NCBI GenBank assembly: GCA_950097015.1
Contig: CATNEN010000001.1
Span: 13,950,001 to 14,014,000, forward strand
Direction: 5' to 3'
From: Macrostomum hystrix
Lineage: Eukaryota; Animalia; Platyhelminthes
DNA length: 64,000 bases
Positions 10,701 to 23,577 of the stretch are shown here, in pieces. Numbering within the stretch: position 1 is the stretch's first letter; the number at the start of each line of letters is the position of its first letter. The notes beneath the pieces were generated by a model that made no database searches, was not told the origin of the DNA, and saw only the letters and a program-made list of their open reading frames with translations. Both the position numbers and the translations under genes were made by a program.

Positions 10701-13227
10701 GCTTGAACATCTCACCCTAGATTATAACCTAAGCATGGAAATCTCACACTAGATTATAATCTACGCTTGAACATCTCACCCTAGATTATAACCTAAGCAT
10801 GGAAATCTCACCCTAGATTATAACCTAAGCATGGAAATCTCACACTAGATTATAACCTAAGCTTGAACATCTCACCCTAGATTATAACCTAAGCATGGAA
10901 ATCTCACCCTAGATTATAACCTAAACATGGAAATCTCACCCTAGATTATAACCTAAGCATGGAAATCTCACCCTAGATTATAACCTAAGCATGGAAATCT
11001 CACCCTAGATTATAACCTAAGCATGGAAATCTCACCCTAGATTATAACCTAAGCATGGAAATCTCACCCTAGATTATAACCTAAGCATGGAAATCTCACC
11101 CTAGATTATAACCTAAGCTTGAAAATCTCACCCTAGATTATAACCTAAGCTGGATGAAAATCTCACCCTAGATTATAATCTAAGTTTGATGAAAATCTCC
11201 CACTATATTGTGATCTAAGCTTGAACATCTCACCCTAGATTATAACCTAAGCATGGAAATCTCACCCTAGATTATAATCTAAGCTTGGAAATCTCACCCT
11301 AGATTATAACCTAAGCATGGAAATCTCACCCTAGATTATAACCTAAGCTTGAAAATCTCACCCTAGATTATAACCTAAGCTAGATGAAAATCTCACCCTA
11401 GATTATAATCTAAGTTTGATGAAAATCTGACACTAGATTATAACCTGAGCTTGAAAATCTCACCCTAGATTATAATCGAAGCTTGAAAATCTCACCCTAG
11501 ATTATAATCTAAGCTTGAAAATCTCACACTATATTGTGATCTAAGCTTGAACATCTCACCCTAGATTATAACCTAAGCTTGAAAATCTCACCCTAGATTA
11601 TAACCTAAGCTAGATGAAAATCTCACCCTAGATTATAATCAAAGTTTGATGAAAATCTGACACTAGATTATAACCTAAGCTTGAAAATCTCACACTATAT
11701 TGTGATCTAAGCTTGAAAATCTCACCCTAGATTAAAATTGCAGCTTCAAACTCTCACCTATTGACAGCATCATTCTTCCCATCCACCGAGGTCCTTCGGG
11801 ATGTTATCTGCAAGCTGTTTAAAACCTCTAGCCAGTCGCATGGCTGCCATTTTCCTGGCAAAGTTTTTGACTCCACTAGCAAGCCGGATGCCACATCAGT
11901 GTCAAGCCGAACATTTTCACCTTCCTTCAACAATGTGACAGATCCGCTCTCAGGGTTTGCTGAATCTGCAGAGTTCAAAAGCTTCTCTAAATTCTTGTCC
12001 AGCTGATCGAGAAAGTCGTTGGCACAGGCCTCAGTCTCGGCTAGGTCGTCAGCAGCGTCGGCCACATCGGGCTGGCGTTGCAGCACAGATAGACGGGAAT
12101 CGAGCTCGCGACGTCCAAAAAAATTTGTTTTCGAGTTGTCGCTTGTAGTAGTAGTGGCACTGCCAGATGGGGAATATTGCAGGATATTGAAGTTCACAAA
12201 CGTAGGGATAAAAATAAAATATTCCATAATTTGGGGATCAGCACATAAAAATCCAATCATTTAGGGATCAGCAGGTAAAATTCCAAAAATTTAGGGACAA
12301 GGAATAGTAATAAAAATAGTTGCAGGAGGGCTGCGGGCAGTGGCACATCATTTAGTGACACTAGACCCGCAGCCAGCGAGGAGGCAATTCTGCCCATTTC
12401 GCTGACTCCTGAGCACACACGCACACAGATACCGTACGCAGGCACACACTCACACAGGTGTGTACATCTGCCCTGACTGTCTCATCGTCAGGCAGTGTAC
12501 ACTCTCACTGTGCCTTGGAGGTTGGCCCTCAAGGGCGTAAATTGCACGACAAGCCCCCAAGCCTTCTCTCCACGACTGCGCCCCAAATAAATGTGGCATC
12601 GCCGTGGAATCGAACTTAGGGACCTTGGTGTGAGAGGCAAATGCGATAACCGCTCTGCCACCGACCCCCCTTAGGGACAAGGAAGCAAAAATAGCAAAAG
12701 TCTAGGACAAGTAGATTGAAATCCCATAATCTCTGGATTAGTAAGACTGTAAATCCCACAGTCTAGGGATTAGTGAGACGGAAAATCCCACAACGTAGGG
12801 ATTAATGGCTGTAAATCCCACAATCTAGGGATTAGTGAGACTGTATATCCCACAATCTCAGGATTAGTGAGACCGAAAATCCGAAAATTGACTCGTAGGA
12901 ATAATCTGTTGAACAACCCCAGTCTCCTCACCTGCTCCCCAATCCGTCGATGGCATCGATCACAAGCAGCTGGTTGAACAGCTGGTAGTAGGTCTCGCGC
13001 CATCTTCTAAAAGCGTCAGCAACAACACTGGCAATGAGCTGAAGATTCTGTCTGTTGGAGTCGGAGCCGCCAAAGCTGCGGTCGATGCGCAGACGCGCTC
13101 CCTGGAGGACATTCTGCAGATCTCTGGAGCAGCGACGCACAGCAACAATGAGCTGCTGCTGCTGCTGCTGCTGCTGCTGCGAAGCGGCAGTTTCTGCTTG
13201 CGCACCACGGCGTCTCTTAACCGGAGG
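7757..13227 (-). CDS. Uncharacterised multi-exon protein with a C-terminal OCRE domain (5' end unresolved)
   Basis: Exons 13227-12932, 12159-11758, 10187-9708 and 8183-7757 have GT-AG borders and matching phases (2/2/2). The last exon encodes LQYEPSSGLHYDAATGLYYCATSRLFYNATDCCYLFWDDWAGSYWP, an OCRE octamer pattern. Confidence 0.75.
8222..9690. repeat. 25-bp minisatellite (TGGATTGCTAGTCTATGCACTAGAA)n filling an intron
   Basis: About 59 near-identical tandem units. Confidence 0.97.
10250..11735. repeat. 32-bp minisatellite (CTTGAAAATCTCACCCTAGATTATAACCTAAG)n, intronic
   Basis: Tandem units with variant blocks. Confidence 0.97.
12337..12670 (-). mobile_element. tRNA-derived SINE, family A
   Basis: Minus strand begins GGGGGTCGGTGGCAGAGCGGTTATCGC (A box) ...GTTCGATTCC (B box). 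The body matches the copies at 41016-41330 and 41373-41690. Confidence 0.85.
12715..12875. repeat. Degenerate ~32-bp intronic tandem repeat (GGGATTAGTGAGACTGTAAATCCCACAATCTA)
   Basis: About 5 diverged units. Confidence 0.8.
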
Positions 13228-13654
13228 CTGAAACTAAAAATAAACAAGAAACTCGATTTATTAGATCTAAACTGAACCTAAATCACAATTTTCAATAAGA
13301 CAGGCTTTTCAATGTCTGTTTGGTAAAAAAGCGGAAAACATAACAATTGAATGCTGAGAATGACAAAAATGCCTACTCTGATATTAACTTGTGTATTTGC
13401 TATTAAAAAACAAACCACAAAACAGGAGACAAACGAAAAAAAATTGAGACTTTATCTTTTTCAACCAACCTAGCTTTAACCATAGACGAAATAGTAAGTT
13501 GTTATTGCTACTTAAGAGCATTGTTGGCACATGATTAACTGTACTGAGAATTTTTGATATGAATTTCCTGATATATTCTATGGGATCTAGGAATTAGCAA
13601 AGAATGCCGTTGAGAATCGTCCCAATTAGTACAAAAAAGAGTTCTTATCGAATC

Positions 13655-15165
13655 CGCTTTGGAATCTTCCCAACTAGACTGGGATTTCTAATGAAATCTG
13701 CCCTGGAATCTTCCCAACTAGACTGGGATTTCTAATGAAATCTGCCCTGGAATCTTCCCAACTAGACTGGGATTTCTAATGAAATCTGCCCTGGAATCTT
13801 CCCAACTAGACTGGGATTTCTAATGAAATCTGCTTTGGAATCTTCCCAACTAGACTGGGATTTCTAATGAAATCTGCTTTGGAATCTTCCCAACTAGACT
13901 GGGATTTCTAATGAAATCTGCCCTGGAATCTTCCCAACTAGACTGGGATTTCTAATGAAATCTGCTTTGGAATCTTCCCAACTAGACTGGGATTTCTAAT
14001 GAAATCTGCTTTGGAATCTTCCCAACTAGACTGGGATTTCTAATGAAATCTGCCCTGGAATCTTCCCAACTAGACTGGGATTTCTAATGAAATCTGCCCT
14101 GGAATCTTCCCAACTAGACTGGGATTTCTAATGAAATCTGCCCTGGAATCTTCCCAACTAAACTGGGATTTCTAATGAAATCTGCCCTGGAATCTTCCCA
14201 ACTAAACTGGGATTTCTAATGAAATCTGCCCTGGAATCTTCCCAACTAGACTGGGATTTCTAATGAAATCTGCCCTGGAATCTTCCCAACTAAACTGGGA
14301 TTTCTAATAAAATCTGCCCTGGAATCTTCCCAACTAAACTGGGATTTCTAATGAAATCTGCCCTGGAATCTTCCCAACTAGACTGGGATTTCTAATGAAA
14401 TCTGCCCTGGAATCTTCCCAACTAAACTGGGATTTCTAATGAAATCTGCCCTGGAATCTTCCCAACTAAACTGGGATTTCTAATGAAATCTGCCCTGGAA
14501 TCTTCCCAACTAGACTGGTATTTCTAATGAAATCTGCCCTGGAATCTTCCCAACTAAACTGGGATTTCTAATGAAATCTGCCCTAAAATCTTCCCAACTA
14601 GACTGGGATTTCTAATGAAATCTGCCCTGGAATCTTCCCAACTAGACTGGGATTTCTAATGAAATCTGCCCTGGAATCTTCCCAACTAGACTGGGATTTC
14701 TAATGAAATCTGCCCTGGAATCTTCCCAACTAGACTGGGATTTCTAATGAAATCTGCCCTGGAATCTTCCCAACTAGACTGGGATTTCTAATGAAATCTG
14801 CCCTGGAATCGTCCGAACTAGACTGAGATTTCTAATGAAATCTGCTTTGGAATCGTCTTAACTAGACTGGGATTTCTAAAGGAATCCGCTTTGGAATCGT
14901 CTCAGCGAGACTGGGATTTCTAAAGGAATCCGCTTTGGAATCGTCTTAACTAGACTGGGATTTCTAAAGGAATCAGCTTTGGAATCGTCTTAACTAGACT
15001 GGGATTTCTAAAGGAATCAGCTTTGGAATCGTCTTAACTAGACTGGGATTTCTAAAGGAATCCGCTTTGGAATCGTCTCAGAGAGACTAGGATTTCTAAA
15101 GGAATCCGCTTTGGAATCGTCTCAGAGAGACTAGGATTTCTAAAGGAATCCGCTTTGGAATCGTC
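13655..15165. repeat. 44-bp minisatellite (GGAATCTTCCCAACTAGACTGGGATTTCTAATGAAATCTGCCCT)n, intergenic
   Basis: Homogeneous core with a variant subfamily at the right end. Confidence 0.97.
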
Positions 15166-15358
15166 GAAAGAGTCTTTGAATCTACAATTTAAATCAAAAA
15201 GCAGACTTTAAGAACTAAAAACAATTGACAATAATGCAGCGCAAAACAAAAAGCAAAACAATGACTACATGTTTTCATTGTAATCAACTCAACAGTTAAA
15301 CAATACTCTAATAAAGTGTTAACAAAACAGAACTAGAATGAGCAGTTAGTACAGTTTA

Positions 15359-17995
15359 CTAGAAGGTCCTCAGCACCAGCTCCAGCTGCTGTCCAGTCTG
15401 CAGTCTGCCAACGTCGCCATCGTTTCGCAGTCGGACATTGGGCAGCTTTCTGATTCGTTCAACGCTGGCCGGATCCTGGCCCAACTCCTGGCAGAGCAGC
15501 TCGAGCAGCTCGTCGTAGGACCGGTTTGGAAGCTCCACCTCGATGAAGTCCGGGTCTCTGGGTGAAAGAGATATGATGGGGTAGAATAATGACACAGGGA
15601 GAATTGATGGGGTAGAATAATGGCACAGGGAGAATTGATGGGGTAGAATAATGACACAGGGAGAATTGATGGGGTAGAATAATGGCACAGGGAGAATTGA
15701 TGGGGTAGAATAATGACACAGGGAGAATTGATGGGGTAGAATAATGGCACAGGGAGAATTGATGGGGTAGAATAATGGCACAGGGAGAATTGATGGGGTA
15801 GAATAATGGCACAGGGAGAATTGATGGGGTAGAATAATGGCACAGGGAGAATTGATGGGGTAGAATAATGACACAGGAAGAATTGATGGGGTAGAATAAT
15901 GACGAGGGAAGAATTGATGGGGTAGAATAATGACACAGGAGAATTGATGGGGTAGAATAATGACACAGGAGAATTGATGGGGTAGAATAATGACACAGGG
16001 AGAATTGATGGGGTAGAATAATAACACAGGGAGAATAGATGGGGTAGAATAATGACGAGGGAAGAATTGATGGGGTAGAATAATGACACAGGGAGAATTG
16101 ATGGGGTAGAATAATAACACAGGGAGAATAGATGGGGTAGAATAATGGCACAGGGAGAACTGATGGGGTAGAATAATGACACAGGGAGAATTGATGGGGT
16201 AGAATAATGGCACAGGGAGAATTGATGGGGTAGAATAATGACACAGGGAGAATTGATGGGGTAGAATAATGGCACAGGGAGAATAGATGGGGTAGAATAA
16301 TGACGAGGGAAGAATTGATGGGGTAGAATAATGACACAGGGAGAATTGATGGGGTAGAATAATAACACAGGGAGAACTGATGGGTAGAATAATGACACGG
16401 AGTGATGATCGGTAGAAAGATGAGTTCGGGATAAGGAATGTGGTAGAACTGAGGTAGGGAATGTATGAGATTGGTTGATTGGGCAATTGAAAGAAACAAG
16501 GAAAAATTAAGAACCAAAAGACGCATACCATAGGAAGTGAAATAAATTTATAGAGAGAAAAATCGTACCTAGACTTGGCCACCCTGGCCAACAAAAGCAG
16601 AGGTTGTGGCGCAGTTTTAGCTTCCAACAATGGCCTAGGAGCGGCGCCCAACACTTTAACGACACTGGGTCCGCCACCGTTAGCTCCGTCAGGCGATCGG
16701 TCAGTTTTTCTGGCGTAGGGAAATTCTGGATTGCGCAAATAGTTGGGCACAAATGTGGCGCCATTCGCATTGCCTGCTGATGTCGACGCCGAAGTCAAAT
16801 CCCCTTGCCCGACGGCGACGATGGAAGACGATTGCGAAGCGGTGGTCGCCAATATCTTGGCCAGCCTAGCTGAGCTGCAAACATCACCGGGAGTCTTACC
16901 TGCTGAGCACTTGGCAGCGGGATTAGCGCCAGCACCTGTGCCATTGCGGGAGAGCGACTGCTGTATAGGGAAGATTCCACTAATAACCTGAGCTGATTCT
17001 AAGGAAGATTCCACTAATAACTGAGCTGATTCTAGGGAAGATTCCACTAATAACCTGAGCTGATTCTAGGGAAGATTCCACTAGTAACTGAGCCGATTCT
17101 ACGGAAGATTCCACTAATAACTGAGCTGATTCTAGGGAAGATTCCACTAATAACTGAGCTGATTCTAGGGAAGATTCCACTAATAACCTGAGCTGATTCT
17201 AGGGAAGATTCCACTAGTAACTGAGCCGATTCTACGGAAGATTCCACTAATAACTGAGCTGATTCTAGGGAAGATTCCACTAATAACCTGAGCTGATTCT
17301 AGGGAAGATTCCACTAATAACTGAGCCGATTCTAGGGAAGATTCCACTAATAACTGAGCTGATTCTAGGGAAGATTCCACTAATAACCTGAGCTGATTCT
17401 AGGGAAGATTCCACTAATAACTGAGCCGATTCTAGGGAAGATTCCACTAATAACTGAGCCGATTCTAGGGAAGATTCCACTAATAACTAAGCCGATTCTA
17501 GGGAAAATTCCACTAATAACTGAGCCGATTCTAGGGAAGATTCCACTAATAACTGAGCTGATTCTAGGGACGATTCCACTAATAACTGGGTCGATTCTAG
17601 GGAAGATTCCACTAATAACTGAGCCGATTCTAGGGAAGATTCCACTAATAACTAAGCCGATTCTAGGGAAGATTCCAAAAAAAACTAAGCTGATTCTTGT
17701 AATTTGATTCAATATCAAAGCTTAATATCTAATTTGAGTAATTAGGTGAATTCGGTGATCAATCCTTACCCAGCAGCATGCTAACAATGTTCTCATGATT
17801 TCGCTTGGCAGCCCAGTGTAGCGCTGTCCATCCGTTGACGGAATTGGCTGAATTGACCCTGGCACCTGAAGTCAGCAGGCTAGCTACTCGATCAATATCG
17901 CCCTGTGCACTGGCCTCGCGTAGATCTTCGTCCAACGGCGAGGGAAAGCTGGCTGGCACCGACTTTGAATCGTCGCTTTGTTCAAGCTCCATCAT
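15359..17995 (-). CDS. ANKRD40: Ankyrin repeat domain-containing protein 40 homolog
   Basis: Exons 17995-17770, 16935-16569 and 15557-15359 have consistent phases. They encode ankyrin repeats (LREASAQGD..NGWTALHWAAKRNH), the FVPNYLRNPEFPY motif and a C-terminal DPDFIEVEL..CQELG..RIRKLPNVRLRNDGDV.RL domain characteristic of ANKRD40. Confidence 0.9.
15575..16400. repeat. 31-bp minisatellite (GATGGGGTAGAATAATGACACAGGGAGAATT)n in ANKRD40 intron 2
   Basis: Tandem units. Confidence 0.97.
16965..17695. repeat. 33/34-bp minisatellite (GGGAAGATTCCACTAATAACTGAGCTGATTCTA)n in ANKRD40 intron 1
   Basis: Tandem units with a 100-bp three-unit period. Confidence 0.97.
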
Positions 17996-19122
17996 TTGAT
18001 GCTGCGACGTTTCCACGATAACTTCGCTGGATAAAAGTGCAAAGAGGATTTTGGCTATTCGGGAGTTGAACTTACGATTACGAAGCCGTACGTGTAAGAA
18101 TAAGGAAATGAAAGAAGACTGGCTATCAGATCTCTCCTGTATATTTTCTTGATTCTTCACTTTGTCTCATTGCTTTCTGTTTTATGTGTCCCGTACTAAA
18201 TATAATTTAAATCTTAAGCGCACATGTCTTGCCAATTCGGCACGCATTTCATAAAAAGCGTTCAGCTGTGACCCTGACGACATGCTAAGCCGGCTATTTA
18301 CAACTACAGTTTCAAGCCTGTAGAGCATGGGGTGGGTGTTCACTTAGTCTAGCCATGCGACTTTTGTGGCACGCTTTCTGGCGCGCGCACCGGGGTAAGA
18401 GAAATCAGTGTACATTTGTACACTTTATATTACACACTATACACGTCCTTATCTAGCTGTCTATGGAGGAGGGTTGGGGCAGATAAGAAAATGGGGTGGT
18501 GGGTTTGGACGGTCAGAAAGGAATGCACAAGCTAGCAAAGCCTTTACGGGTGTGAGAAATGAGGGACAGAAGAGTAGAGAGAAGGATGAAGGGTAGTGGA
18601 AAGTGCAGCCCAGATAGAACAGGCGCATTGTACATCGAAGTCTCCACCCTACGTAAAATGACAGAAGCAAGCGGAGCAAATGCTGCAAATTTTAGGTAGA
18701 GAGAATTGCACCACCATTGCTAAAGGCAATTTTTTAATTTCATTTAGCCTTACCAAAATAGTTTGTCTATTCGATGTGAATGTAAGCAGAAGGGAAGGCC
18801 GAAATTAGTTTAACAGACAACAATCCTAGAAACGGAGTGCTCAACTGGTCGGCGCAGAAAAAAACAACAGATCATAAATAGAAAAGGGTGGCAGACGGCA
18901 TTGCCTTTGATTCTGCTTTAACCTGCACTATATAGCAGCGAGACTTAACAAGGTGAGTGATACTGAAAATAATATTTTATTATATTTACCATGTTTATCC
19001 TCGAAATTCGTATTAAAGCGAAAGCTATTAATTAAGTTATTCGACTATTTTGACAGAGTTCCAAATAAGAAAGGACGTCCTGCTGGTCCTGGTGACAAGG
19101 AACTAAAATACTGTACATTTTA

Positions 19123-22100
19123 ATGATAAAAGAATTTCACTCCCTTGACAATGAACTTTCAGATCCGAACTATAGACAGGGCTGCAGAGCAAGTATGTAC
19201 GCGGCAACACTGGGACAGGAGTCTATTAAACCGCCAGGTTCCCCTTCAACAGCATCCGACTGTCTAAAAGAATTAGTCGTCGATTGCACCTGCCCAATCT
19301 GTCAAGAGGTGTACACTAATCCGTACCAGTTAACTTGCGGACACTCCTTCTGTTTGAGATGCTTTGAAAAGTTGAAGAGAAAATGGGAGAAGCGAACGAC
19401 TAGAAGTGGTGGCGGTGGCGGTGGCGGCGGCGGTGGCGGCGGAGGTGGTGGTACACAAACGATCAGTTTGGGTCATATGTTGTCAATGCAGTTTTCAGCT
19501 CTAATTAGTGCAGGTGGAGGCGGAGGCGGTGACAGCAGCGATCCGCTCCAGTGCCCAGTCTGTCGGACAAGTATCGATCCGCATAGGCCGCTAAAACCGG
19601 ACCATAACATTCGCTCGCTATTGTACACGTTGAAGACTGTCAAAGCTGGCTGCTGTCAGGAGCCAGATTGTTGGAATAAGCGCGAGGTGTGCTGCACCGA
19701 CTGCTCCTGCGGTCTGTGCGCCAAGCATCACAAAGCCAAGCTGGAAGTGTTGCGCTCTGGTTGCGACAGTTTAGCTCGCGAGGCTGACAAGTTTTTGCAA
19801 GAAAAATCCGAAGAGACTGAGCGAATGCAGGTAAATAATTTGGGGCAGTTTAATCCTCGATAATTGCGAATTTTTACCTAAGCAATTGTACGTCATGGCG
19901 AAAAGCATATTGGAGCTAGTCTAAAACAATAGTTTTGTAATTTCGTAGCGTTTTTACTAAACGAACGACTTAGCAACTAGGCGTAAAATATAACAATAGA
20001 CATGCTTTTTAAACATTAAGAATAGTTGTTCGAGTCTGAAGAAAAACTTTAAAAGTTACAAAAGCGACATGCGCAAGTGTAACACTTTGCTGTCAAGGTA
20101 TCAATTTCATTAGATTAGCTTGCACAACACTGTTCGTATCGCTTCAATAGGATCTAGTAGCCATTCTGTGCGTTAGACATCAATTTTCCAAACATTCAGC
20201 AGTCCATGGCGACACTCATTCAAATTTCTCACATTGAGCTAATGCTGGTATTTGTTTTTTTCATCTAGGTAAACTGATGTAATGACATGCAGTAATTATG
20301 TGCCTTGGAAACAAATTGTCAGAAAACTTGATACTGTAACCACTGAGTTAGAAGCTAACCTTAAATCCGTAAAGACAGTCTCTCAATGGATTTTACAATA
20401 GCTAAATTGTAATAGCTAAGTCTTATCAAACACCATTGCAGACCCAGCTGGCTGATGCGGATGCCAAGCTAGACGAGTTAAACGCTGCAATGCTGCAGTC
20501 ACTACAGGAGCGCATGTCTCAATGCAGCGATCAATTAGCTGCCGTTAAAAAGCAAACCGAATCTGAACAGACGGAGATAGCCAAAATTGGTGCCGAGCTC
20601 AAACTTGAAGCTCAACAATTGCTTCAGTTGTTGGATAAAGACGATCATGTTACACAGGAGGTGAATTCATGTCTAAAAATGCTTATCGATGCTATAGGTT
20701 TGTTTCAGAACTGCAAACAATTTGTCCATTCTGGTCAATAATAATTCCAGGCTCTCAACCAACGAGACCAACTAAAACGGCGAGTGCAGACGGTCACTAG
20801 CCAGTATCCATCGAGATCTCTGCAATTTGGCTTCGAAGCCGCTAAAGTGACCGCTGAGCAAGCTAGTCTATTGCAAACAGTTTCCGTTAGAATTCTAAAG
20901 CGACCTTACACCGAGACTGACAAACTAAAGCCCAGCATGCTGAAGAAGACTAAGCGAGGCGAACCATGGGAAGTGCGCCTACTAGAGGATAACAAACTAT
21001 TGGTCAACTATAAAGGCTTTCCAACACGACGATTTCACATATTTAATGCTGAAACATTAAAAGAGATCAGCACTATTGAATTGCAATTGTCGCAGGGCCA
21101 ATTTCCTGGCCAGGTGTGCGTCTGCCGACAAAGGGAGCGAATTCTGGCAACCGATCCTAAGAATCACTGCGTCTACGAGTTCAACTATAAGGTGCGGCCT
21201 TGATTCAAATTCTTCTCTGTCACGATTAAAGTTTACGCGATTTCGATAGGTCGTTTAATCAGTTACACTAAGACCTTTAAAGTCGTAAAAATGCACAAAA
21301 GCGACATTAAAACACCGGAAATTTGTTTAAACTACGGGTCTTAAGTTAAAAGTTAAACTAACGGGTGAAAAACCTGACGAAGCAAAAGTCAGGATCCAAT
21401 TCCATAAATAGCGATTTCATTTCAGGGTCAAGTGACCGGCCAGTTTGGCAGCAAAGGTGACGAGCCAAATGAGCTTCACACGCCCAAGGGTATGTACGTG
21501 TACGAAAACATCCTATACGTGGTGGACAGTAAAAACAAGCGGGTGCAACTGTTCGACATGGACAAGGCCTATCAGAATGTTGGCAGCATTGTACACGACA
21601 GTCTGAGCACCAATATACAGGTGAGAAGCGAGAAACTACCTTAATCATTCTTTGATTTTCTAAAATTTACGATACGATATTGGTTTAAAAAACATCACAC
21701 CTAGGAATCTAGGAAAATAACCCTAGATTCTATGATGAGAATCGGATATTCTAGGAAAATAATCTTAGATTCTAGGATGAGAATCCCATATTCTAGGAAT
21801 ATAATCCTAGATTCTAGGATGAGAATCCGATATTCTAGGAAAATAATCCTAGATTCTAGGATGAGAATCCGATATTCTAGGAAAATAATCATAGATTCTA
21901 GCAATAGAATCCTAGATTCTAGGAACAGAATCCTAGATTCTAGGAAAATAATCCTAGATTTTAGGAATAGAATCCTAGATTCTAGGAACAGAATCCTAGA
22001 TTCTAGGAAAATGATCCGAGATTTTAGGAAAAGAATCCTAGATTCTAGGAAAAGAATCCTAGATTCTAGGAAAAGAATCCTAGATTCTAGGAAAAGAATC

Positions 22101-22625
22101 CTAGAAATTTAGAAGGGAAACCTAGATTCTAGTTATAGAATCCAAATTTCTAGGAAAACAATCCTTTATTCTGGGAAAACGAATCGCAGGTCCTAGTACA
22201 CAAATCCTAGGACTCAGGAGTAGGATCAAGACTCCTGACCATAAATTATTGCGCATTGAACTCAGGCTGTTTTTGCCGGACCAGCTAGCATTGTGGTTTG
22301 CGACCGTGGCAGCGACAGTCTAATTGTATTCGACCGAGTTAGTCGAGCCTACCTGAAGAAGCTGCCAGCAGGTGGCGAACCATTTGACGCTTGCACGGAC
22401 AGATTCGACAATATGATAGTTTCGCTGACCAGAGAGCGCAAGGTGAGAATATTCGACTCGACAATTACGCATTGCATCAATACGTTTAACGTCGGCTTGC
22501 CGCCTGAGGCAGAATCGGATAAATTGCAAAACTATTTGCACGGAGTGACTTTCGATCTGACCACGGATCGGCTGTTTGTTGCGGAGGCTTTCGCTAAGAG
22601 GCTGCTCAGATTTGACATGACCTGA
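19123..22625 (+). CDS. TRIM-NHL family RING E3 ligase (RING, B-box-like, coiled coil, NHL propeller)
   Basis: Exons 19123-19830, 20442-20660, 20751-21191, 21426-21620 and 22266-22625 are all joined in phase 0. Motifs: CPICQEVYTNPYQLTCGHSFCLRC..CPVCR RING; coiled coil; NHL repeats FGSKGDEPNELHTPKGMYV..LYVVDSKNKRVQLFD. Confidence 0.9.
21700..22150. repeat. 21-bp intronic minisatellite (TAGATTCTAGGAAAAGAATCC)n
   Basis: Tandem units in TRIM-NHL intron 4. Confidence 0.93.
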
Positions 22626-23339
22626 CAATGGTCGTTTTGTTCTTTATGACAGTCTAAATGATTCGCTCTATAAATTAGCCTTGGCTCGATAAACCATCAG
22701 TTTTGTGTGATAGGGAAAATTCTGTGATTGAAAAAATGTTGATCATTTTCGGCTTTTTTGTAAGCATTGTGCCTTTGACTAAGCAGACACGTTATTGTGA
22801 AAAGTAATATGCCTAGATGATTGATAGATAACAATTGAGTTTTCATATTTGTACTCTAGAATCAGTTTTGTGTTCTCATAGTTATGCTGAATGATACCAA
22901 ATGCCAAATAAGTAACTGCACCAGCAAAACTTATCCTAGTTGAATCAATTGATGTTTTATCTAATTAACCTTTACCAGTTTGCCTAGTGCGTCTATATAA
23001 CTGTGATTTGTTAAATAAATATTATTCAGGAGAAAATAACATTATTCACTACCTTAATGAGTCATCCTCGTTGGATTGTTTATGCATTGCATCTGGTAAT
23101 TAAATTTACCAGTAAATTTAAATTAGTCTGAGTAAAGCAAGCACTAGGGTGGTTTAGGATGTAATTACATCAACGGTCTTCCAGGTGAATAATTTTTATT
23201 CAGCTTTTGCCTTAATTTGCCTTATTGACAAGGCTGAGAGCAGCTTTTCAGTCCTCGGACTAAGGGACTCGCCACACTCACCATGATTTGTACCACAGCT
23301 GCGAGAACCGAAGCACCAGCGAATTAAGTGTCTCGCTAA

Positions 23340-23577
23340 AATACACAAATCGTGCCCCAAAAGGGCGTGCAGCCGACAGCACAGCCGCAGCTATTTAGCC
23401 CATGGACCGAGAGGACACGCCACACCAACCCTCAATTAACCAAGCTAATGCTGGTTTCCATTTAACAGCAGGGTGAACTGAAGCAAAAGGACACAACTTG
23501 TTCCCGTGGAGTCTGGAATCGAACCCCTGACCTTCAAGCTGTGATTCTAAAGCTCTAACGAGTAGGTTACAACCCCT
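23340..23577 (-). mobile_element. tRNA-derived SINE, family B (CORE-like body)
   Basis: Reverse complement matches 44383-44670. Head GGGGTTGTAACCTACTCGTTAGAGC...GGTTCGATTCC. Confidence 0.8.

Noticed and set aside
8222-15165. Regular 25-44 bp arrays resembling CRISPR
   Set aside because: No unique spacers, no cas genes, and a eukaryotic intronic context.
15359-17718. Long ORFs (562, 355, 342 aa and the ESSLESAQ series)
   Set aside because: These read through intronic minisatellites of ANKRD40. Only the spliced exons are coding.
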